Source: Octopus sinensis
Taxonomy: Eukaryota
Direction: 5' to 3'
NCBI RefSeq assembly: GCF_006345805.1
Contig: NC_042997.1
Location: forward strand, 41,230,001 to 41,294,000
Length of the DNA: 64,000 nt
Part shown: positions 25,801 through 37,525 of the stretch, in pieces
Position numbering within the stretch: position 1 is the first letter of the stretch
Layout: the number at the start of each line of letters is the position of its first letter
Made by a program: the position numbers and the translations under genes
Notes under the pieces: model-generated
Database searches by the model: none
What the model was told of the DNA's origin: nothing
The model's input: the letters and a program-made list of their open reading frames with translations, nothing else

Positions 25801-28800
25801 TGCACTGGGTGCTTTTTATGTGACACCGTCACAGGAGCTGGTGTCACGTAAAAAGCACCTGTGGGATGGCCAAGTTACTTGCAAGACAAAGGCTTTTAGT
25901 TGAGAGGGGGAGTGAAACCAAGGGAAGTGGATGGGTGCCAGGGGAGAGGTTAGAATAGAGGGACAGGATAGTTGCCTTGCTATACACTAAATAGTGTAAT
26001 TACTATTTCTATACCAAATAATTTGAACAGAATAAAAATGGTAAATTCTTACCTGTACTGATGGCAGGAATTGCAATTGATGTATAAGACTTTTCTTCAA
26101 GGAATGCCAAACAATTTTGAACAGCTCTTGAAAGGTGAAAAATTTCATTGGTTCGTCCATTATTCCAAACGGGTCCAACAGCATGAATGATAGTCTTGCA
26201 TTTGAGTTTACCAGCTTTAGTTGACACTACTTCTCCAGTTTTCAGTTCACTCCTTCTTTGATTCATAATTTTGTTAGATTCCGCCTGAATTTCAAACCCA
26301 CCTGCAAAGATATTTGCTTTCTTAAGTTTCTGTTTAATACATGCTAATATATGTTAATATATATCATAAATTAATATATTTAAGTATAGAAAGAAGGTCT
26401 AGAATTGAAGGGCTTTAGAGTTAACCAGGCAAAACTGAAAGCAGTAAGGCAGACAAATCACAAATCCCTCCAAATATCCCAGCTCAATCTGAAGAAAAGG
26501 CATAGGTAGCAACTCCATAAGATGTACCTGGTGTAAGCTATGAACACATAAAAGGTGCAGCAATATCAAAGGAAGATTAACAGGGAAAAAAGTTTCTGTG
26601 TGTGGAGTAGGCACATGTACGATAAACACTAGAAATGTACAGAAAAGAGACTCCATCAAATGCCAGAGGTCTAAGCTAGAGGTAGTAGATAGCTTCTGTT
26701 ATCTTTGTGACAAAATCATCAGTGGAGGTGGATACTCTGAGAGTGTAGCAGTGAGAATAAAAATGGCAGGGCAAAATTCAGAGAGCTCCTGACCCTGCTG
26801 GCAACCAAAAGTGAAAGGAAGATTGTATGATGCCTGTGTGTGAACAGCTACGCTACATAGCAGTGAAACATGGGCTGTGAGAGCCAAGGACATATGTAGG
26901 GTTGAAAGAAATGAATCCAGTATGCTTCACTGGATGTGCAATGTCAGTGTGCATGTTTGACAGAGTGTGTCTTGAGAGAAAAGTTAGGGATAAGAGGAAT
27001 CAGATGTTGTATGCAAGAGAGATGACTGCACTGGTATGGTCATGTGATGCGTGTAGATGAGGACAGTTGTATGAAGAAGTGTCACACCTTAACAGTGGAG
27101 GGAACATGTGGAAGAGGTAGATCCAGGAAGAAATGGGATGAGGTGGTGAAGCATGACCTTCAAACTTTGAACCTGACAGAGGCAATGACTAGTGACCAAG
27201 ATCTTTGGCAATATGTGATGTTTGAGATGACCTGTCAAGCCAAGTGAGATTGGAGTAATGGCCAATGCCATTGTAGCATAACTGGCCCATATAAAGCACA
27301 CCTCAGATGTTGGGTGATATGCTGAGCTTGTGAGGACCTGTAAAACCATAGCCATGGCTGATGTCAGTGCTGTCTGATTGGCACCCATGCCAGTGGCACA
27401 CAAAAAGCACCGTTTGAGCATTGGGTCACATGGAAGCAGTCACAGGTGACCGAGACCTTTGGTAAGATACCATGCTTGTACAGACCTGTCAAAACAAGTG
27501 AGACTGTAGTCATGGCCAATGCTAGTGTCAGGCCAATGGCACCCGTGCCAGTGGCATGTAAAAAACATCCACTACACTTTCAGAGTGGGTGGCATTAGGA
27601 AGGGCATCAAGCCGTAGAATCTTTGCCAAATCAGATTGGATGCTGATGCAATCCCCTGGCTTACCAGTTTTCAGTCAAACCTATTTCTTTACTGCCTACA
27701 AGGGGCTAGACACAGAGAGGACAAACAAGGACAGACACACGGATTAAGTCAATTATATCAATCCCAGTGCATAACTGGTACTTATTTAATCGACCCCGAA
27801 AGGATGAAAGGCAAAGTTGACCTTGGCAGAATTTGAACTCAGAACGTAACGGCAGACGAAATACTTATTTCTTTACTGCTCACAAGGGGCTAGACACAGA
27901 GAGGACAGACACACGGATTAATTCAATTATATCGACCCCTGTGCATAACTGGTACTTATTTAATCGACCCCGAAAGGATGAAAGGCCAAGTCGACCTTGG
28001 CGGAATTTGAACTCAGAACGTAACGGCAGACGAAATACCATCACGCATTTCGCGTGCTAACGTTTCTGCCAGCCTGCCGCCTTTTTCAGTCAAACTGACC
28101 AACCTATGCCAACATGGAAAACGGACATTAAGCAATTATGATAATGATATTGTGATATATTATATCAATATATGTATTATATTTTAATTCTATAATACGT
28201 TACTTCTATATATACACACACAAGTGTGTATATGTATATATATGCAACAGAATGTTAGTGTATTGAGAAGTTTGGCATAAGAAGAATTAGATGCAGTGTG
28301 TGAGAGAAGAGAGTGCTGGCTTAGACATGTGATGTGGATGGATGCTGACAGCTCCACGAAGAAGTGCTGTACATTCAAAGTGGATGGGGCTTGTGGAAGA
28401 GGGAGGCCCAGGAAAACAGGGCGAAGTACTGAAGAACAACCTGAGAACGGTGAACCTTTTGGACGAGATGACAAAGGACCAAGATACCTGGTGGCTTGCT
28501 GTGCTCAAGAAGACCTGTCCTCCACAGCAGAAGCGTATCAACTTTATGCTTAGAGAAATTAGGAAGTGTCTAACATTCTGAGCCTACTCTTTGACAAAAG
28601 GAATAGAAGAAGAGAGAGAGAAAAATAGAGAGAGAAGAGGAGAAACTTGTGTCAGAGTGTCACTACAAGCTGAAATGATGAGAGGAGGAAGAGGTTGCTG
28701 AAGATGTGAGTGGTTCTGGCAACCTAGGGAGACATCTATGAGAGCTGACTTGAAGTGCTAGTGACAAGGGAGACAACTATGAACTTGACACGTGTATGTG

Positions 28801-30620
28801 AGCACACATGTGTGTGAGTACTGTGTATAAGTATCTATGCATGTGTGTATGTAAGTCCATCCTTTTGGTTTATGTGTGTGTGTATAAGGCTTATGCAATG
28901 CAACTGTGTGTGCAAGCAAGAGGATGTATATATATAGCTATTGTGTGCATGTACACTGTGTGTGTGTTTGTGAGTTTATGTGTAGAAGTGTGTGTTTATG
29001 CGTGTATGTGTAGATGTGTGTGTGTATATATGAAGCTATTGAGTGCATATCTTGTGTGAGTGTGTGTATGTGTGTGCGCCCCTGCTTTCTATTTTTGTGT
29101 GTATATTTATGAAACTATCAGACATCCGATTCAATGTGTTAAGTGTGAAACTGGATAGAGGTGTTTGGTGGAAGATGGGTGAGGAAAGTGGTAGGTGTTG
29201 GGAAGTGTAGGTGTGTTATGATATAGTTGCTGTTATAAGCGTGAGGATGGGTAGCATGAGGGGTGGGTGGGTGCCAGTGTGGGCAAAGGAGGAGGAGAAG
29301 GAATGAGTGCATGTGGATGTGTGTACATGCTGTTTGAATGTGGTGTTGGGTAATGAGTTCAACAGTGTAGAGTAGGTGTGTGTGTGGATGGGTAGATGTT
29401 GAGGGGACACTGGGAATGTAAGTGGTGGGTGGTTTGTAGGTGAAGGAGGGGTTGAAATGAAAAGGGATGGAGAATTTAGACTGTAAGAGACTTGACTATA
29501 GAGAAGGAGAATTATTTCCCGTTCCATATGGAGACAGGAGTCTGGGTGGCATTTGTTACAAAGCCAGTCTGAACATGAACAGATGTTGCAGAGAATGTGC
29601 AGTAATGGCACAAGACCAGGGGCTCATTACAGAGCTTGATGATGTGAAGGTGTTCATCAAACAGTCAGCCAGGCAGCAACCAGTCGGTCCAATGTATGGG
29701 GAATGGCAAAGAGTGAAGGGGATGGAGTAAATCAGATTACGGAAGGTGCAAGAGAAGGAATCAATGATATGGAAGGAGCAGTCGTGAGCACCAGTGAAGA
29801 TGGTGGTGCTAGAGAGGAAGGGAAATGTATGGCAGTGTAGGGAAGAGCAAAGGGCGAATTCAGGTTGAGTGACACAAGAAGGGAAAGAGCTACAGGCTTG
29901 TAGGTCATGTAGGTTGTGGGGACATTTGAAGGGAGGGGATGTTTTCCAAACCTGAACGACAATATTTTTTTAATTGTAGTTAAGGGCAGTTCAGGACTTG
30001 GCAAATATTTGCAGTTGATAATGGTAGGAGAGTTTAAGAATGAAGGGGAAAAAAGGACATAAAGATAAGAGGAAGAGTAACATGGCAAGGAATGATGAAC
30101 GTGAGTGATAGAGAGGAGATAACAGAGGGGAAAGTAGGATGAGCAACTACATAGAAGCATGAGAGACACGAGTGATATGGAATGGAGTGTAACAGAAGAA
30201 GAGATCAGCATTGCATCAGACATAAGTTTCTTTAAATGGAATGTAACATTGATGACATCATTTATAATTATCCAGATTTTGGGGACTGGTCAGCGATCAA
30301 GTATCTCAAATCTATAAACAATTCACCACCACCGTAATTTAATGTCCATGGTTGGATGTCCTTCTTGTAGCCAATTGCCACATGTTTCCAAATGAGGGAA
30401 CATTTTTCCATGGTCAGACATGTTTTTCATGGAAGACTGGAAATGGCACAATATCATGCAATTCAAACAGTGATAGACATAAACCAAAACATAAATAACA
30501 AATATATTTTTATAAAACGTATAACTAGATCTCAAAAAGTATAAAAATAAATGATCAAAATATAATAAGTAAAAAATGTGTGATGGAGATGTTCATTTAC
30601 ACCTGGTTACCCCCCTCCCC

Positions 30621-30653
<33 letters not shown>

Positions 30654-33600
30654 AATACAATGAGCTTCTTTCAGTTTCTATCAACGAAACCCACTCCCAA
30701 GGCTTTGGCCAACCATTGACCTATAACAGAAGACACTTGTCCAAAATGCTCAGTAGGATTGAACTTGAAACCACATGGTCAGGAAGCAAGCCTCTCAACC
30801 ACACTTGGATCTAAAAAGAAACATTAACTATAAAAAATGGTATTACTCACCTTTCCGCACAATGGCTGCCGCAATTCCTCCCTTGTGATCCAATTTACCA
30901 TTTGCAGCATTAACAATAGCATCTGTGTCCAGAGTCGTGATGTCATCTTCCTTCAACACTATTTCACAGTTTTTATACACAAAATTAAGTATTCTGTCTG
31001 TTTCACTTCCTAAATCTGAATTTAATGATATTATACTCTCAGATTTCTTCTGCATTTCGCACATGAAATTCTTTCCTTCTTCACTTTGCAGAAAATCTCG
31101 AAATCTAAACATTTCTAATTTCACTTCTTGTGAGCTGGTATCCTTTCTTAAATTTTCTATAAATGTTTCCATTTTTTTTATTTGCTCTTGTGTTCCTTCC
31201 AGGTGTAACTTATTATCTTTGAGACACACATTCTTAATTTTATTTTTCGCACCAAAGTCATTGATTTCTTGTTCTTTGAACTCTTTAAGAAAGAGGAAAT
31301 GTTCAAGAGGCATCGATATATAAGATTCATAAGTTAAAGATTGCATAAAGTTATCAATTTTGTTTTTTATAGCATTACCTACAGCATCAACAGCAACAAT
31401 AGAATTTTCTCCAATAAAATGGGAATCTGGAAACTCTTCTTTTAGTTTTTCAACAAATGTCAGCCACTTTCCATAATGTTGAGTATCCCTAATTTTGTCT
31501 ACAAAATCCAGTGTATTGGCAACAAAAGTTTCTTTCAGAATTATTTCCAAAAGTGAAAGATGTGTTTTATCACTTGCATAAACCAATACTGAATCACTGC
31601 CATATGTTTCCCATGAACCAATACAATTCTTGTCTCTCAGTTTGTCATCAAGATATTCTTTCACTGGTTTTTTATTTATGATCATTCCAGTATTTAAAGG
31701 AAAACACAGTTTGGATTTAACAATTGACTGAAGGATTTTATGCATATTCTTGTGACAATTAGCTATTTTGGAAGTGTGGCCTTCAAAAATAACTTTGTTA
31801 CCATGAATCCTGACTTGTAGATCATTGGAGTGTCTTTGTGTCTGCTCAAAAAATCTGTGACCAGATAGAATACGTCTTTCATGAATATTTAAATTAAACT
31901 CACATTTCCTTCTAAAAGTATCCAAAAGTCTGTTTTTCATTTTAATCACATCACTTTTATTAAATCCCAAAATATTAGCTTGGAAATTTCGGTTATCAAA
32001 ATAAAAGTGCCTCTGGTCAGCTTGACTCTTAAATGTTCTAACAACGTCTTCAAAAATATCGGTTGGAACATCAATAGTTTCAACAGTAATGGAATTTAAT
32101 AAATCTTTCAAACATTGTTCAATTTGCTTCAAATTTCCTTCAGAATAACTTAATTTCAGTTTATTAAACTTGGAATCTTTCCATATTACTTCAGCCCCTT
32201 TCTTTAATTGGTCATTAACTATGATTTTATGTTTCTTTAAGAAAGTCAGATGGAACTTGGAAGGTAGTAAATAGCCATGGACTTGCTGTCTTGAAATGGT
32301 ATTTTCTTCACATGGTACCCAGAATGGTTGAACATCTAACTCCACATTTAGCAGTATATGATCTCTGCTACAAACGTCCAGCACAACTAAATTATGAAAA
32401 AGTAAAAAGATAAAATCATTTCGTTGCTGAGGGATTAGGGGTGAACTGGGGAGTTCAGTGGGTAATGACAGAAAAGTATTTGAAGACAAAGTAATATGTT
32501 ATTAGTATAATACATTAGCAAACAGAAAAATATAACCAACATTTAACACATACTAAATAAACACTATCTCTATTAATTATAATAAATACAAGAAACATCA
32601 CTGGAATTTTGGTTTCAAATTATGGCACAAGGCCAGCAATTTCAGGAGAGTGGCTAAGTCAATTACATCAACCCCAGTGCTCAACTGGTAGTTATTTTAT
32701 TGACCATAAACATCACTGGAATTTTGGTTCCAAATTTTGGCACAAGGCCAGCAATTTCAGGAGAGTGGCTAAGTCAATTACATCAACCCCAGTGCTCAAC
32801 TGGTACTTATTTTATTGACCATAAACATCACTGGAATTTTGGTTTCAAATTTTGGCACAAGGCCAGCAATTTCAGGAGAGTGGCTAAGTCAATTACATCA
32901 GCCACAGTGCTCAAATGGTACCTATTTTATTGACCATAAACATCACTGGAATTTTGGTTCCAAATTTTGGCACAAGGCCAGCAATTTCAGGAGAGTGGCT
33001 AAGTCAATTACATCAACCCCAGTGCTCAACTGGTACTTATTTTATTGACCATAAACATCATTGGAATTTTGGTTTCAAATTTTGGCACAAGGCCAGCAAT
33101 TTCAGGAGAGTGGCTAAGTCAATTACATCAACCCCAGTGCTCAACTGGTACTTATTTTATTGACCATAAACATCATTGGAATTTTGGTTTCAAATTTTGG
33201 CACAAGGCCAGCAATTTCAGGAGAGTGGCTAAGTCAATTACATCAACCCCAGTGCTCAACTGGTACTTATTTTATTGACCATAAACATCATTGGAATTTT
33301 GGTTTCAAATTTTGGCACAAGGCCAGCAATTTCAGGAGAGTGGCTAAGTCAATTACATCAACCCCAGTGCTCAACTGGTACTTATTTTATTGACCATAAA
33401 CATCACTGGAATTTTGGTTTCAAATTTTGGCACAAGGCCAGCAATTTCAGGAGAGTGGCTAAGTCAATTACATCAACCCCAGTGCTCAACTGGTACTTAT
33501 TTTATTGACCATAAACATCATTGGAATTTTGGTTTCAAATTTTGGCACAAGGCCAGCAATTTCAGGAGAGTGGCTAAGTCAATTACATCAAGCCCAGTGC

Positions 33601-34206
33601 TCAAATGGTACTATTTTATTGACCATAAACATCACTGGAATTTTGGTTCAAATTTTGGCACAAGGCCAGCAATTTCAGGAGAGTGGCTAAGTCAATTACA
33701 TCAACCCCAGTGCTCAACTGGTACTTATTTTATTGACCATAAACATCATTGGAATTTTGGTTTCAAATTTTGGCACAAGGCCAGCAATTTCAGGAGAGTG
33801 GCTAAGTCAACTACATCAACCCCAGTGCTCAACTGGTACTTATTTTATTGACCATAAACGTTGCTGGAAATTTGGTTTCAAATTTTGGCACAAGGCCAGC
33901 AATTTCAGGAGAGTGGCTAAGTCAATTATATCCACCCCAGTGCTTAACTGGTACTTATTTTATTGACCATAAACATCACTGGAATTTTGGTTTAAAATTT
34001 TGGCACAAGGCCAGTAATTTCACTTGAATTTGTGGGACCAGTTGCTCCTGTATGATAAAACTTGATATTTATTTAACTGTCAATCAGTGAGATATTAGAC
34101 TAAATCAATTGAAGATCAGGCAACAGACTCAGCAGTTGTCAATTTGTATTCTATCATTTATAAATTCAACACAAGAAAGTCTCTTTTTCAAGTATGGACT
34201 GTATTA

Positions 34207-34274
<68 letters not shown>

Positions 34275-34598
34275 TTGACACATGCTTTGATTTTTGGAAA
34301 ATACAACATTGAACAAAGGATATTCCAACATTTGAATGAAACCATTTCACTTTGATTTGTGGAACCAATTGCTCCTGTATGATAAAACTTAATATCTATT
34401 TAATCAGTGAGATATTAGACTTAATCAGTTGAAGATCAGACAACAGACTCAGTAGTTGTCCGTTTGTATTCTGTCATTTATAACCTCAACACAGGAGAGT
34501 CTCTCTTTTTCAAATATGGACTTTATGAAATTTTACTCATCATACATTGAAGGACAAATCTTTCAATTTACAATTTAATATAGTAGAACATTTAATAT

Positions 34599-34630
<32 letters not shown>

Positions 34631-35038
34631 AAACCATCCGAACGTGATCGTAGCCAGTACCGCAACGACTGGCCTCCGTGCTGAGGGCACGTAACAAACA
34701 CCATCCGAGCGTGGCCGTCCGCCAGCCCCGTCTGGCACCTGTGTCGGTGACACATAAGAAAACACCATCCGAGCGTGGCCGTCAGCCAGCCTCGTCTGGC
34801 ACCTGTGTCGGTGGCACATAAAAAACACCATCCGAGCGTGGCCGTCTGCCAGCCTCGTCTGGCACCTGTGTCGGTGGCACATAAAATCACCCACTACACT
34901 CTCGGAGTGGTTGGCGTTAGGAAGGGCATCCAGCTGTAGAAACACTGCCAGATCTGACTGGCCTGGTGCAGCCTTCGGGCTTGCCAGACCCCAGTTGAAC
35001 CGTCCAACCCATGCTAGCATGGATAGCGGACGTTAAAC

Positions 35039-35111
<73 letters not shown>

Positions 35112-37486
35112 TACCTGTTATATACATTATATTATTTTTGTAATTTACTTAATTTTTACTTTTTAATTGTCATTTTAATTTTAACTTTTCTATGGTATGC
35201 AATTTTCTAGATGGTGTAACTTAATTGTTCATTTTGAATCGATAAAAGGTGTATTTTTCCTAATATTTTATGTATAAGCATGTATATATATATATTAGAC
35301 CAAAGTTATAGTAAGCAGAAAGGCGAACTCAGCACACACACCCTCAGGCAGGTGACCCTGCTCGATCTGTAGGAAAGGTGTAGGTAGAAACTCCATAAGA
35401 TGCACCCAATGTAAGCTATGGATGCATAAGAGGTGCAGCAACATTAAAGGGAAATTAACTGATAAGATAGCTTTCATATGCAGCAGATGCACAGGGACAA
35501 TAGACACCACAGACACTCAGAAAACAGATTCCATCTCACTCCAGGGGAAGAAACTAGAAGTAGTTGACAGTTTCCGCTACCTGGGTGACCAAGTTAGTAG
35601 TGGAGGTGGATGCTCAGAGAGTATCACCACTAGAATACAAATAGCCTGGGCAAAGTTCAGAAAGCTCCTACCCCTACTGGCGACAAAGGGCCTCTACACA
35701 GAATGTCACAGGGATGGCCCAAAGGTAGATTGTATGATGCATGTGGGCGAACTGCCATGCTTCACGGTAGTGAAACATGGGCTGTGACTGCAGAGGACAT
35801 GCGTATACTTGAAAGAAATGAAGCTAGCATGATCCGCTGGATGTGTAATGTCAGTGTGCACGCACGACAGAGTGTAAGCACCTTGAGAGAAATGCTGGAC
35901 ATAAGAAGCATCAGATGTGGTGTGCAAGAGCGACGCTTGCGATGGTATGGTCATGTACTGCGGATGGATGAGGAGAGATGTGTGAAGAAGTGCCACTCCA
36001 AAACAGTTGACGGTATCAGGGGGAGAGGTAGACCCAGGAAGACATGAGATGAGGTAGTCAAGCATGACCTCAGAGCGTTGGGCCTCACTGAGGCAATGGC
36101 GAAGGACAGAGATCTCTGGAGATATGCTGTGACTGCAAAGACCCGTTCTGCTTCATGCACCAGTTTCGCATAGCCCCTGCCCATTCAAAGTACCCTGGAT
36201 CCCAGAACGTCCCACTGTGCTTGAGGAGACCTGTTGAGTCAAGTACATCAAGATGAACATCGAAATAAATATCAATGGAAATAGTAGTTGTGATACCTGT
36301 GCCGGTGACACATAAAAAGCACCATCCGAACGTGGCCGTAGCCAGCACCGACTCGACTGGCTTCTGTGCCGGTGGCACATAAAAAGTACCATCCAAACGT
36401 GGCCGATGCCAGCACCGCCCCGACTGGCTCTTGTGCCGGTGGCACATAAAAAGCACTATCCGAACGTGGCCGTTGCCAGCGCCACCTTGGCTGGCTTCCG
36501 TGCCGGTGGCACGTTGAAAGCTCCAACCGATTATGACCGATGCCGGACCCCCCTGGCACCTGTGCAGGTGGCACATAAAAAGCACCCACTACACTCGCGG
36601 AGTGGTTGGCGTTAGGAAGGGCATCCAGCTGTAGAAACTCTGCCAGATCAGACTGGAGCCTGGTGCAGCCCCTGGCTTCCCAGACCCTGGTCGAACCGTC
36701 CAACCTGTGCTAGCGCGGAAAACGGACGTTAAACGATGATGATGATGATGATGATGATGATAGTGGTATAAATATCAACACAATTTTTTCTCCTTCCTCC
36801 CTTTTTTTCTCTCTTCCCTTCTCCAAACTCACAGACACCCACCCACACACACACACACACCTCCACAAAACAATCATAAAAAGAATTATTCTCTAAACCC
36901 AAATAAACATTTGACCATACCTAATTAAACACACACACTCTCTCTCACAATGATAAAAAGAAATATAATTTATGGTCTACCTCCCCGCCACCACACACTC
37001 AGTGACACTGTGAAATGGTCAAAACTGAAATTCTTTTTTCCCAGGGTCTTAGAACCCCCTTGGAGTCAATATTCTGTCCAGCAGACCAAAAAAATTATTT
37101 TCTTCTTCTTCCCTCTCCCTTCCCCTCTTTTTCTTTAGCACCCATCCCAGATACAAAAACACACACACACACACACGCACACACACATACACACATGTTC
37201 TCTCTCTCACTTTCTCCTCATCCATTACCCTCTTGTACTGTCTTATATTCCTCCCCACCACTACAAACTCAATACCACTATAAAATGGTCAAAACTCCTC
37301 ACACAGGAACTTAGTTTGATTTGGAAACCCCACTAGAATGGGAGAAAGCGCTAATGATCTAACTGATATGATATATATATATAAAAAATGTAATATACAA
37401 ATAAATATCTGTAAATGTAAACCATCCGATTTTCTGAGTACCTCATTTCTTCTAATATATAATACCTGTACATCATCTCCAAACCT

Positions 37487-37525
<39 letters not shown>

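Noticed and set aside
32387-32489. N-terminal extension of the 548-aa ORF
   Set aside because: It starts at a non-ATG codon and runs through a polypyrimidine tract and AG acceptor; it is intron read-through.
32593-34021. 115-bp array as a CRISPR array
   Set aside because: Units are contiguous with no unique spacers, derive from a SINE, and lie in a spliced eukaryotic intron with no cas genes.
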